Shown: positions 43,241 through 60,370 of the stretch, in pieces | How positions within the stretch are numbered: the first letter of the stretch is position 1 | Layout: every line of letters starts with the position of its first letter | NCBI RefSeq assembly: GCF_009914755.1 | Contig: NC_060925.1 | Direction: 5' to 3' (one strand) | Origin: the human T2T-CHM13v2.0 reference genome, Homo sapiens | Length of the DNA: 64,000 bases | Notes under the pieces: model-generated | Database searches by the model: none | Seen by the model: the letters and a program-made list of their open reading frames with translations, nothing else | What the model was told of the DNA's origin: nothing | Translations under genes and position numbers: made by a program

Positions 43241-46200
43241 CTAAAGCAAACAATCCAGAAGTTTATAAAGAGAATAATACCATTTAAACACATTGTTTCT
43301 ATTTAGTGATATGGTACTTTAGTAATGGATTAAATAAGAAGTATATAATCATCTCAATGAATGCAGAAAATACATCCAATAAAATTTATATCTATTTATA
43401 AAAAGCATAGTAAACCAATAAACAGATAGATATAATACACATCTACACACATATATATAATTCATATATATAAACACACACATATATATATAATACATGT
43501 ATATATAAATTATAGATTAAGGACATAAACTAAAAGGCTACAATAGATATTGTCAATAGTAAAAGCTAAATGTATTTTCTTCTGAACATGACCCGGTATT
43601 TGCTACCAACGCTTATTTTAAAAGTTTACAAGAATTTTAGCTAGTATAATCTGACAAGAAAAATAAATTAGAGATCTATAGACTTGTAAGTATCCAAGTT
43701 GCCACTATTCACAGACGATATGATTGTCTACATGTAGGCACCAAAAGAATCTACAAATTCATAATTAAATTCAATAATTGTTTGGCAAGGTTGCTGTATA
43801 TAAAATCCTATAATTTTCCTGTAATTTTTAAAAGGTGACAAGGACTCATATAGCAAAAGAAACAACCAAAGTAGTAAGAATAAAATATCACATGTCCTTC
43901 TCCATTCATTAAATATTATTTCATTTCTACAAATCACTGCATTTCAGTGAATTGAAATGCCATGAAATAATATAAAGACTTGATGAAGTATGAATAAAAT
44001 CTGCATGTATCCAACTCATCTCATTAAACAGTATTTCCTTTCCTCAATTCACTGTACTCCGGTGTTCTCCTCATTGTCATTTTTGTGGCAGAAGTTATTA
44101 AAGAAAGCAGACATAACTCCTAACTACTTTCCTGTCTTTGCCCTTGAAGAAGTGATTGTGTTATTGTTGTGGCAGTGGTGATTGTGGTGGTATCGTACCC
44201 CGAGCACAGCCCTCCACAGTTCTCTGATTCAAATTAAGCCCAAATCCTTTACACAAATAAAATTACCTTATTTTTAATTGCTCAAGTATCTGTAACCACT
44301 TAGCTAAGTGTTTACAGTTTCTCCCCACACCTATTTGCTGGATGAATCCTAAAAGCTGATTTATCAGGGGAATTTTAAAAAGGCTTAGTGCTTTAAAATT
44401 CAGATGCAAATTCTCCCACATAGAAAGCCCAACCAGCCTGTTTTTGTGTAAATGAGAGTTGTGCTGCTAAATCCCCCTTAATGAGATTAGAAAATATCTT
44501 GTAAATTAAAGCAATGGATTTTTAAAGTTAATATAATTCTTCCATACTAGATTACAATCCATGTTTAAAACATTTTAGTAAAAAAAAAACTTAACAAATA
44601 ACACAAGAACAATAATTACTGAAATAACAAATTAAAGAGTTGAGCTATGTAAAGGCTTTCATATACACTGGGGATCAATGAACATTAAAGTGAAAGAGAA
44701 AACCGTTTAATGAACTAACAAAATAACATGGTAGGAGTATAAGGGACTAGTAAATGTCATTATATTTTATTATATTCTCCTATCAAATTATGCTATGCTC
44801 TCCTGCCTTGACACACTGTACTGTTTAAACAAAAGAATAATCACAGTTATAGACAGAGGCATAGTGAACTATTTGATAGCTTACAACTGGAGTGTATATC
44901 TTTTACCATCATTATATTAAGAATAACCTTTAGAAGCATTATATAAGCTATCATATTTCCAAAGAAAATCACCATTTATAACTTAGCTCTAATATAAAAT
45001 TTACTAATTTTCTTTAACTCAAGGCAACACCCTTGTTCAAACTTAGATTAGAATGTTTGATTTCCACAGTGATTTCTCACACATAGCCAGCTGGCTACCT
45101 GATTTATCACTGATTAACATACCAGAAATTATTTGAGAAAAATTCTATGTATTAAGGTTTTTCCACCAAATAATTTATTTATTTCTCCATCTAAAATTAA
45201 AATTGAAAAGTCTATAATATATATGTTTTCATGGTTTTTTTTTCTTAGTTTGAGCAAGAGATGTTTTGAGCATCCTAGGGTTTATAAGGCACCTATATAA
45301 GACAGGATCATTAACAGCATTTATTGTTGTTTACTCAATTTTAAAGAAAATTCTTCATATTAAATTATATGATGAGCTATAAAATAAAATAAATCAAATA
45401 AAAATCCTTGATAAATGGTGTCACAAAAGCACCACAACCTTTTAGACCATAAACTACATGCCCTAGAAAAATTACATATCCACTAGTTTATTTTCATTTT
45501 ATTAGGCAATGCAAACAAAATGCTTTTCTGCTAAGCTCTTAATGAGAAAATTTCCAAATGATTTTCCTCAGGTTGTTATGAACTTCACATAAAGATACAA
45601 AAAGCCTTTTCCAGAATGTTTCCACAGCCACGTAATACTTAATCAAGGTTATCACTGCAGTCAGCTTTGTATTTACTGTCAAAGGAAAGATTCAGTCATT
45701 ATTGTGAAACGTGAGAATGCTTCAAGCTCCCTAAACCTGACGATTACAAATCTTTAAAACCTCTTTATGCAGAACTTGACAGCTATAAGCTTACCTCTTT
45801 AAAAAGACAATATACATTGAGGTACTAGAATGGTAAATTCAGATTTCTGAGCATAATATGCACATTAGCATAATATAATTGGTTCTGCCTTTTGGGTAGC
45901 CAATCAGATTGTGCAAATGTACCTATTCATAGACCTCCTGAAATGATTTTCCACTTGGGAGTTATAGTGAAACAATTCAATTTCAATTTTCTACAAATGA
46001 ATTATAGTCCAAAAACCAAAGAAGTCTATTAAACTTTTAAGGAATACTTTTCAGTCTAGACTCCAAAACATATAGATATAGCTAAGTTTTTACGTCTTAT
46101 ATAGTATAACGTTTACATTGACTCCATCAAAAAAAGCCAGAAGCTGCTCAAATTCAATCTATTCACAACATTTAAAAAATAATATTTCCGAGAAAAGGCC

Positions 46201-46758
46201 TACATAGACACTGAGTGAGTTTTATTCTGAAGCCAAATGACCTTATATAACATTCCTACCATATTAGAGCATAGGTGTTTCCAAAATACCTGTTGGCCAT
46301 GCAAAACTTGTTTATAAAAATGGGCAATTTTAAGTACTTCAGTACTAATCTCTTATAGTCTAAAAGTATTTATTAATTAATAAAATAATTCATTGATTCA
46401 ATAACTATCTAAGGAACAACTTCCGTGTTTTCAGGCACATAGTGCCTGGAAATCAAGGGTTACCAAAATACTCTTTAAACTGAGCTTAAAATCAATCCTA
46501 GCCCAGGCAGTAGCATCAACATAGAAAAAGTTACTGAAGAAGTTAAACAAGCACATGATGGAATAGGGAAAATAAAGCAGAGTTTTAATTTCTGTGGTCT
46601 ACCTGAAAGCATCTGTTGAATTCAGATTTTCATTTAGCAGTATTTAAATATATTGCTGATGAGAGACAGAGTAATTTTTGTCTGTCTTTATACTTTCTGC
46701 CAAAAACTACGTTGCAGTTCTGGAGAAAGCAGCCTTACTTTTAAGAAATGACATAATT

Positions 46759-47095
<337 letters not shown>

Positions 47096-47519
47096 TCATT
47101 GGATCAAATAAAGTATTATCCCTGCTCTACCTGTGAAGTGGTTCTCATCTCAACTGATTTACTGTTAAAAATGGAAAGATAGGGAAGAAATGGAAATACA
47201 AAATTTAGACTGGGTGACTTTAGCAGTCATTTTCTAGTTCGATTAAATGGATTATTAATGGCAAATCAAAAACTAAAACCCTTGTCTCTACTTCCAAGCT
47301 ACCTTTTTTTTTTTTTCTCCAAAGGAGTTGGAGTCTCCCACACCTCACAAAAGAGTTAAACTAGCTGACGTCAAAGTTGAATATATTGAAATTAAAATAT
47401 AATTCTTAAAATTAGACTTTGTGAACTGATCCTTTTGCTGTTGCACGGTTCACAATGACATTCTTTAAAACAACAACAACAAAAAAAACCCTCATTCCTT
47501 CTAATTCCTTATCTCCAAT

Positions 47520-49862
<2,343 letters not shown>

Positions 49863-50128
49863 AACGACACAAAATACGCAAAAGAATTGAGCACTTGTAA
49901 AAATGAAAATTTAAGAATGATAGTGCGAATATATCTAAAACGCTAAAGGAAAAAGCATAATGGGTCAAATGACTGGTTAAACAAGATACCAGATCAACCA
50001 ATTATTTAGATTAATATATAAAGATTGATTCTTAGAGTACAAAAATATAATTTGAAAATATGGAGACTAAACTAGTGCAAAGAAGAAGGGAACAAAATAA
50101 CAAAGGCATTTATTCAGAGGTAGAAGAA

Positions 50129-50260
50129 GGCTGGACATGGTGGCTTGCGCTTGTAATCCTGCACTTTGTGAGGCTAAGGTGGGAGGATCACTTGAGCCCA
50201 GGAGTTCAAGATCAGCCTGGGCAACATAGTGAGACCTGCATCTCTAAAAAATATAAAAAT
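50129..50260 (+). mobile_element. FLAM_C-type Alu left monomer
   Basis: GGGAGGATCACTTGAGCCCAGGAGTTCAAGATCAGCCTGGGCAACATAGTGAGACC; single monomer with TAGAAGAA on both sides. Confidence 0.9.
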
Positions 50261-51084
50261 GGAAATAGAAGAAAGAAAAGGGAAGAAACAAAGACAACCT
50301 CAGTATTGTTTTTATAATGATCAAGGTATAAGAAAAAGCAAGCAAGGGGCTTGTCTAGTCAGCAGCTGAAATAGCTATGTGAACTGTCCACTCTGGATCA
50401 TTAAGTATGACACTCATAGAATGGATCATTAACGATCTATCCAGTATTGTGTGCCTGTAACGGAGTCATTTTGACGTGTTTATTGACAAGTAATGCTGTC
50501 TCCTACAGAATGTAAGCATATTTCATTGAAAATCATGGACTTTTAAACAGAAAACAATGTGCTGAATTGAAGAATTATTCGAACTTTTACATTGTGCTCC
50601 AAAAGTTATATGCGACAAAATGAAAAAAGAAAACAAAGCATTTGAATGTCATAGAGTAATTCTAAGGGTAAATTATATTTCAAGAGTTCTTCGACAACCT
50701 GCAGAAAATCATGTTTATGTATAATCTGATTAAGGGAATAAAAATCTCTAAAAAAGAAATGTCAGAAAGCCAACATATAATAATACTATTCAGTTTTTAT
50801 GCCCCATCTAATTTGGGAATTGAGGTAGGTTTATGAATTAAAATTATGTGAATAAAATATAAATACTGAAAAATGTAAACATGCTCTAAAAATTGTTACT
50901 AATTTCTTTCTTTCTCACAAGAATTGAAGTGTTAAGAAATGTTTAAAAGGAGTGAAATATGAAAAAAAAAAATCTTACAGCTTTGCAAACAGGTAGTAAA
51001 AAATATAAAGCCAGCCCTCATGTAGTTGCAGAATATGTCAAACCAATGTTCTCTGGTGCTCACTTGACACAAGTGACAATGTAG

Positions 51085-51339
<255 letters not shown>

Positions 51340-52819
51340 TGAAGCTTAAGAAATATTGACAGTAGTCTATGGGTAGGCATATTTAAAATCAAATACCATA
51401 CATGGGTACCTGGTATGTAAGAGCCTCATTAGAAGAAACACAATTTTATCACTTAAAATTATAATAATATATGTGTGATTATTTTTATTCATAAAGTAAT
51501 CCTATCAACTGTATAAGTAAGACAAAGCAAGCAGGCCTTTCTGAAATGTAGTCATCACATTGATCAACACTAAAAAGAACTTCATTTCAAAGCAGAAAGA
51601 TAAAAAAAAGTACACTACATATAATTGAACTTACATGAGAACATTAGATAAAGCAAATGTAGTTACAGTCATTGAAATTTTCAAGTCATTAGGATTAATG
51701 CCGGATACCCTTGGAAAAGATGACAGAAATATTTGATTGTTTACAAGGATCATACAAAAATATTGGCTGAGAATTCTACACACTTTCTTAGGAAAAAAGA
51801 AATTGAACTTACACATGGAAAAAAAAACAACTGAAGGAAAGATGCTCTTCACGTAGCATTCTTAAAACAATCATGTTTTGTGCATAGTTTCTTAAAATTA
51901 AGTCGTAAGAGTTTATCTTACATGTTGTGTTTCCTTTGTTGCTTCCATGGGGCAACTGGAGTTAGACTGTCCTGGAAGGCTTTCACATTAACTAACAGGA
52001 CACCCTGTTCATTGAGAAGAAAAAGAGAGAAAAATATAGCAGCCTGCAGCTGGTTTGAAATTGGACCTTTCCTGAATCTTATGCAGCCGCAGAAGAGGTG
52101 GCTTACATCAGCTTGCTGGAGAGATGGGAAGGCTCACCAAAAGAGACACTACTTGGATTAAAGCAGTGATTTTAGAATTGTTTCATGAAATTCAGTTTCT
52201 GTGGAACTACTTCAAGAGCACTGGAGATAGGGAGGAAGTGGATGTAAGATGGATCTGAGGAGGCCAAGCAGGCAGGACTCCTCTATATCCAGCCCCACTT
52301 TACTCAGGTGCCATTCCACTTTTACTTATTTTGGATATTAAAATTTTGCTGGACATTTTGTTTGAAAATTAAGCACATTTCCTATCTTAAACATCATCAT
52401 CGTAATTATCTTCTTAAAATTGACCCCTTTCAATTGACAAGCCAGGGAGAGAAAAAATACATGCTTGCTATTATTAGCTTCACAGTTACTGAGTAGCAAA
52501 ATAGGAGATACTTAAATCTGAGAGCATCACAAAGCATTACCGAATTTTATAGATGGGAAGAGGTTGAAAAATATCTCATGTGAAATCCTTTTATTTACTG
52601 GTGAGAATACTGAACACTGAGGTCCAGAGAGATTCTAGTACTTGCATGGGGTTACATGAGTTATAGGCCCAGATGTACACAGAGGGGAACCAGGAAATGG
52701 CAGAAAGGGTCTGAAGGGAGGAAGGTTTGAGCCTAAAATAAGGGGCATTCTGTGGAATGAACTGACTCATGATGTGATACATTCTGTACCACTGGGAATA
52801 TTCAAGAAGAGGAAGGGGT

Positions 52820-53030
52820 GCTTTATTTGTGGAATATCCAAGATGTGCCAAATACTTTACATGCATTTTGAAAAAATAATCTCCACAGCCTAGTGAGGCA
52901 AATATTATTTTCTCCAGATTTAATGACAAAAACAGACTAGAATTGAGGAAGTCGCTTACCCAAACTCACAGAGCTAAAAATTAGAAGAGCTAGAAAATAA
53001 ACTCAGGTTGGTCTGACTCAAAAACACTTG
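52820..53030 (-). mobile_element. MIR
   Basis: GTGCCAAATACTTTACATGCATT...CCCAAACTCACAGAGCT...GTCTGACTC. Confidence 0.75.
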
Positions 53031-53669
53031 TTTGTCTACATTAACAATAATCATTCTGCATATGGAAGATGACTTACTTCTCATGTGTTTATAAGTGATT
53101 CAAGCATTGTAAGGTAGCTGGGTATGATCACTCTAAAACCTGTAACACCTAGATTCTGTGAGGGATAATTTGGGATGGCCCATCATAAGCATCCTAAATA
53201 ACTGACGTGCAAATGGAGAAGACAGGAAGTTTCGGAACAGAGGGGCAGGAACCAAGAAGAACGTAGTGCACAGAATAATGGGCAGAGTAGGAAGGTAATA
53301 GGAACACCTGAGGATTTTAAAATTACACTTGAGCTGTCCCTGCTTATAATCTAATCTTGCAATGGTATACAGAAAGCTAGAGTTAAAGGACTTCACGCAA
53401 ATTCTTCAGCTTTTCTTACTCTTCTCAGTATTAATTAGTCATTTTTAGACTATAATGTTCTAAAATGGGATATCAGGACCCAAGTTAATAGTTGAGTTTC
53501 ATCAGTTTCCTTCAGTTTATTCACACTCAAAATAAAGAAGCCATTTCACACACATAAAATCTTTTTACAGAATGTTATTTGCACAGTTCTTACATTCATA
53601 CATATATATATTCTCCTTTTTAAAAAATCATCTTGCTTCTCTAACATACATCTTCATCAAATACATTTT

Positions 53670-53922
53670 AGCATATAGCAGCAGAGACTGAGAAACCTGA
53701 CCATATTGATTAGAATCTTGGTGAGGTCACTTCCTAGGTGAGTAGACTCCAGCAATTTAGTTAAATACTTTGAGACCCAGTTTCCTCATTTAAAAAATGG
53801 GAATAATGATAGAGCCTATCTTATAGGCTTATTACAAAGATTAAAGGATTCACTCTTTCAAAGTACTTGGAACAGAGCCTAGCACAGAATAATTGCCATA
53901 TAAGTGTTAGCTATTATTACTA
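53670..53922 (+). mobile_element. MIR
   Basis: CAGTTTCCTCATTTAAAAAATGGGAATAATGATAG...GCCTAGCACAGAATAA...TGTTAGCTATTATTA. Confidence 0.88.
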
Positions 53923-55686
53923 TTTATGAAGCAATTCTTAAAAATTGTATCAGTTTCTAGAAATTAAAAAAACTGTACAAAGTTTCAGTAATTAAATTGT
54001 TACTCACAGAATCAAAATTTTCTACTAGAAAAGTCCAAATATAATAGCAAGAACACTTCTAAAAGCACAAAATTAAACTTTAGGCTTTGCCACTATTATA
54101 AATTAATACATTTACTTAAGCAACTATAAAATCTTTTAATATATGTATAGGATATGCCTGGCATGATAAAAGGAACAGCAGTATTTTGGTAATCATATGT
54201 TTTATTGAAGAACCTTTGGGCTATTTTAATATTCAAATCGGCTGAATATTTAGCAGTAATAATGTAAGATTAATATTTGTACAGGCACTTGCTCCTTTAA
54301 CAGCAGACATTACAGTCAAGCTATTACCCTGCAATAATGGAAAGATTTTTTAAAGCACTGTCAAAAAGGAGGCTTTTATACAGGTTAGAATTTTATTCCA
54401 ATACTATGTATTTCCATAAACGATGCTGTTTCTTAAAGTATGAAACATTAATCATTGGCTTTCACACTATTTCACTTTCAAGTAAATTCATGCACATTTT
54501 AAACATATTAACATATGCAACCATCTTATGATAGACTGTTTAATTTTAAGCACTTAATTAATTTAAAGAAATACACCAAACTTTAGTGACATCAATGTAT
54601 GAGACATCTAACTGGGTTTATGAACAAAACAGCTTTTAAGGACCTGCATGTTTAGACTGTTATTTTTTTCCATGGTGTATATTGCCTAGTAAAAGCATGG
54701 ATCTACATGATTTCCTTTGTATTTATGAATTTCATTTTATAATATTAATACAACACTCCAGGCAATGCATTTCAGGGGGATTATTTCATGTCCCTGAAGT
54801 GGATAAAGCCACTCGGACTCAAACTGTAAAACACCCCCTACGGTGTGCTATCATTACCCAGAAACATTGGCCTGCCATGGGTTATTGCTTAATATTAATA
54901 TTTCTACTTTATATAAGAAAACCAACAAAATTCTGTCCTCTTTTTAAAGAATTCATATCTCAGTTACTGCAGGTATTTCAGGAAGGTGAAACAGGATCTG
55001 ACTGTTTTCTTGTATTCTTATTTGTTAGTACAGCAGCCATGTAGCACAATCAACTTGAGTTAAATGTGTAGAATTTTTTTTGGTTGCTTTTTATATAAAA
55101 TTATCTTCAGAATCCTCTTATTTGTAAATATTTGGCCAGTTACAATACATAGTGGTCCTCGCCAAAACCACACAGGTGTGTTACTTCCCTGTAGTACTGT
55201 TTTATTTCTTTAGCCCTTGGAAAACACCAGAAGGGGTTCCATTGTGCATGCAGGTGTGATCACCCACTGTGGAATATAAATTGTATATCTTTTTAGATGA
55301 GCAGGAAAGGGAAGGGAAGAATGTTGAGTATTTACTTCTTTGCTTGCTACTAATTAATTTGGTGTCTAACTCGGGGAAAATCACAAGCTTTACATGCCTT
55401 GGTTTCTCTCTTCTGATAAAGGTATTCCATTTATTTTACATCCACAGGACCTTATTTTGTGATAATATAGTAAACAGAATGCCAAATAGATAAAGCAGGT
55501 AAAAAAATATCTTTTGTCCATAAGAAATTGAAATATTAGTGGACAATTGCTGCCACTTCCCTGACTCAAAAGGCTCATTAATAGGTCACAAAAGGCCTTT
55601 GCATTCTCTGAACCTTATTGCAGAGTGAACAGTAAGAAATCAGAGTAGGTGATGATAGTTTACGAATGATTTTCACAACATGACCA

Positions 55687-56313
55687 TAATACAGGAGTTA
55701 TTAAGAAATTATTTTTAGTCAGCTTGAAAGGGTAAAAGTTATTGGTGGAATTTTCCTTTAATAAAACGCAGCCCCAAACCATTTTTTCGCTAACAGGAAG
55801 CAGCCTGATAGATATGCAAACTAGGAGCTTTTATATGTAAATGCCAGCAGCTGTACCTGGAAGCCAGGTACATTCAATATGGCAGTTCTCACTCTCTTCC
55901 TTGTCACCACGTTTATGGTGTCATGGCAGCCTCCAGGGAAAACCACATGTACAGGCATTATGGCCACGCCTGGTAGAGGCCACATTTGCATAATAAAAGA
56001 CTAGGGTGGGAGGGCCAGTCTTTTCTCGGCTATATAAATGGCATACCTGGTCAAACCCATCCCCTAGGACCTATGTAAATCAATCACTGCCTCCTCAAAC
56101 CTCTGTAGGAAATCGATTGCATTCTGCCGCAAACCGGAGACCCTCTCTCGGGCTACCAGCTTTCTCTGCATGCGGAAGCCTTTTCTCTGTCTTCTTTTTG
56201 TCTATTAAACTTTCTGCTCCTAAACCCACTCTTCCTGTGTGTCCGTGTCCTGAATTCTTTCTCAACTATGACAAAGAACCAGGGCATATACCTGAGACAA
56301 TGGAGCCGTTTCA
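55687..56313 (+). mobile_element. Solo ERV1 LTR, LTR9 family, apparently inserted into a MIR
   Basis: Starts TAATACAGGAGTT (TG>TA) and ends GCCGTTTCA; TSD ACCA/ACCG. GCAGCCCCAAA, ATTTGCATAATAA...AGGGTGGG and CTATGTAAATCA match recalled LTR9. Confidence 0.85.
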
Positions 56314-57279
56314 ACCGGATTGGGATTACATCCTCCATTATTTCACTGACTTAAGTATCACTTCCCTTTGTTTAAACATAAAGACAGAGGGCTCAGAAAG
56401 CTTGAATGTTTGTTTAAATTCAAACAGCTACTAAACATGGCATTCAGACTCAAAAGCTTAAGTTTTAGACTTTGTGTCTAGAGTTATTTCTACAGAATAT
56501 GACATAGAAGTGAGTATGAATGTATAATCACACATGGTTAAGTGGAGAGGCAGGGATCTCAGTGGTACCTTTGGGTGAAGCATACTCAGAAAGAAAATGT
56601 TTAAATGGCATAAAGCCTTCCATAAAAATGAAAATCCCTATCATGAATTGATGATGTCTATGCAGCAGATCTTGTGCTTGGCAGCTTATTATTTCATTAA
56701 ATCTGCACAAAAACTCAATGAGTTTAGGTCTTTTTACAGCCCCAATTTTACATATGAGTAAATAGAAGCTCAGAAGTTAAAATGCTCTGGAAAAGCTCAC
56801 ATGGCTCTTGAGAAGGTAGAATTAAGATCATTTCATATTTCCCCTTTCAGTTAGGAGAGTTCTTCCCATATCTCACTCGTTGTATTGTAATAGTTTCACA
56901 AATCACAGATAGAGACATTTAGAAATAACTTTGAACATAAATAATTGCATTATAGTTGAAATGTGTACAGGCACGTGATTCAAAATTTGTTTACTCAGAT
57001 ACCAGAACTATTTGATTCTTTCAAATACCATGCCTACAATTCACAGTTTTTAGAATTACACTGTGATTTAGCATAAGTACATTTCAGTGAATACTGAGGC
57101 AATGCCTTTGGAAGAGAATTGTTTACAGCAATCTATTTTCCTAGACTGATTGCCTAGATATTTCATATAGCTTATTTATTTATATAGATGTGAATTTAGC
57201 TTTGAAATATAAAACCCCATGGGGCTTTACATGTGTGTAAAGCCCTCCTAGGCTATAGTAGGAAAAAATGTGCACACTA

Positions 57280-57894
<615 letters not shown>

Positions 57895-58214
57895 CTATAT
57901 TTTTTAGTAGCCTAGAAAATCATAAGTATCTTAGACACTTGTCAGATCTATTTGATGGAACAAAGTTAATAATTGTACTTGGGATGTTGCTCTTACCTAT
58001 GAGAACATCCTATGACTTCTACATTTATCACTGTTGTAAATAAATTTGTATCTGGATTTTCACCTTAAATATTTTCTTCTTCCTTTGATTTTTAAGTATA
58101 AAATTTAGGAAACAGTGAGACTGACTCTGTACTATAGATTTCAAAGAGATGTTGGAATAGATATTTAGTAGAAAAATTAAAAATAAAGCTTAAGACCATG
58201 TTACAAAAGATAAT

Positions 58215-58445
58215 TGCTACATCGCCTACTAATATATTGAGTGCCTACTATATTCCTGGTACTGCTAACAATTCATAGTCATCTCATTTAATCTTTACAA
58301 CATTATGAAGTCAATATTATTGTTATTCCTACTTCACAAATGAAGAAATCTGGCACTTAAGCCACATAATTAATAACTGATAGAGCCAGGAAATAAACGT
58401 GGGCAATTAGAAATTAGAGACAGAGTTCTTTTTATCCATCATTAA
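58215..58445 (-). mobile_element. MIR
   Basis: TATTGAGTGCCTACTAT...ATCTCATTTAATCTTTACAAC...ACAAATGAAGAAA...AGAGCCAGGA. Confidence 0.8.
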
Positions 58446-58860
58446 CCAATTGTGCTGTAGAAATTCTTTGGGAAGCACTCTGCCTTTCCAAGTTAAACTA
58501 TAACTGCCTTCGTTGTCATTTTTTGTCATGCTTTCCTTCATCATTAACATGTAGAGAGCAAATAACAGAATTAAATAATTTTATATTCAGAATTAAGCCA
58601 TAAACTATTTCATGAATATCTGTTTACAAGTTTTGACTTAATCTGGATCATTGCAAACATCTGAATCTATTTCCATTAGGTGTGACAAATATTTCATTTT
58701 TATTTAATATTATGCAACATGTAAAAATGTAATGCAACTCTAATAGTAGAAGTACTTCCAGGATATACTATTAGCCAGGTCGCTTATTTTTATTTGCACC
58801 ATGAACCACCTGTAATTAACAGAGCACCATTCTTGGTGTTTATGACCATCACTCAAAGTT

Positions 58861-58878
58861 GCTGCCACCTGCTGGTGG
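58861..58878 (-). promoter_or_regulatory. CTCF motif
   Basis: Minus strand CCACCAGCAGGTGGCAGC matches the core CCASYAGRKGGCRS at every position, in non-repetitive sequence. Confidence 0.7.
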
Positions 58879-59699
58879 TATTCTTTACACTCATAAAAGA
58901 GCTAAAGTTTCTGTTGCTAAGCATATTTTCTAGCATTAATGATTCTTAACCATTTTCTAAATACTATGGTCTCATATATCAGGACTTAGTAAAAGTGTCA
59001 CATAATTTGGAAGTGATGTAGCAAGGCTTAAAAGGTTTAAAGCCTAAATCTAACCAAAGATGTTAGCCACTACGTTATAGTGGCTTCCTCCTTAGAAAAA
59101 TCTTTAAATAAGTCTGTTATATCCATGCTTTTGAATGTTCTGCAGTTGCACATACGATTAGGTCATTTTACATGCATTGGTAAGGATAAATATCTACAAT
59201 GTAGTATTTAAAACCCAGTGGCAAGACATATGCCTAAATATGATTATATTTGTTAAAACAAGTTAAAGTTTAACATGTTTAAGCTGAGATTGGGGCTGGA
59301 TATATTCTCATAAGAAGTTCATATTTCTTCCACCATGCCATGATGTTTCAATAAAAAGTAGTTTTCAAGGTCAAGGAAGTTACTCAGTAAGAAAGGTTAC
59401 TTAGCTGAGATACTTACTGTGTTCTGTCAGTGAGTATGCAAGCTCAAGCATATTATTTTTTAAATCTCTTCTGCATAATAACTCCATTTGCAAATGATTT
59501 CTGTTCTAAAAACATCAGCGTACAAAGATAAAAGAGATCATTTCTGTCTTCAAAAAGCTTATAATCTTTTAAAATAATCACTTCATTAGTTCACAGTGAT
59601 GGTAGTTGAAGCTAAGCACACAAAGACCTTTGTGTTCCAAGAAACAACATTAGAAAGAGATAGAAAAGATGTTAATATGGATGCTCCATGAATCACCAT

Positions 59700-60370
59700 A
59701 TTTTAATAAAATAAATGAATTCCAGTGCAACACTGAGTACAAGGTACTGAGTATAAGACACTGATAGGTTCTTAAGGTATCACCATTCAGGTAATCAAAG
59801 AGCTCACTACTGAGCAAAGGAGAACCCTCACATCTAACAATGATATGAGTCAGATTGTGATAAATTATCTAATATGAATATAAACAAAATAAAATGTGAG
59901 TACATGAAAAAGAAAATTTCGCAGAAGGAAAGAATGAGGGCAGTAGAAGCTGACTTGGATTTTGAAGAATTACTAGGATCTCTTTAGGTAGCCAGGTAGG
60001 AAATGGCCATTTTAAACCTACAGAACAGAATGAGTCAAGGCATGGAGGTAGAAGAGATTGTGAAAAGTTCAGAGAAACAGCAGATTATGCAATGTAATTA
60101 TAGTTCAACGTGTATTAAGAGGGCAATATAATAAAATAATGTCTATTTGATGCTGAAGGAATGTGAATATTGTGCTAAGGACATTAGCTTCTTCCTGTAA
60201 GCACTGGGAAGCCATTGAAATTTCTGATCAGGTACATGATGTGGGCATATAAGTGTTTCAAAATTACCAGGTAAGCACAATAAGGAATAGATTCGTAGGT
60301 GTGGAGATGCCACTAAAGAAGTCCAGAGAAAAGACCCTGCTAGTAACAATAGACAAGTAAGCAGGAGAAC
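59700..60370 (-). mobile_element. L2 fragment
   Basis: CCTGTAAGCACTGGGAAGCCATTGAAATTTCTGATCAGG; ACAGAATGAGTCAAGGCATGGAGG. Confidence 0.7.

Noticed and set aside
51936-51957. RFX X-box-like GTTGCTTCCATGGGGCAAC
   Set aside because: Spacing does not fit the X-box consensus; only a half-site.
56006-56434. 142-aa plus-strand ORF
   Set aside because: Lies in the LTR9 element and adjacent MIR, starts at GTG, and has no recognisable domain.
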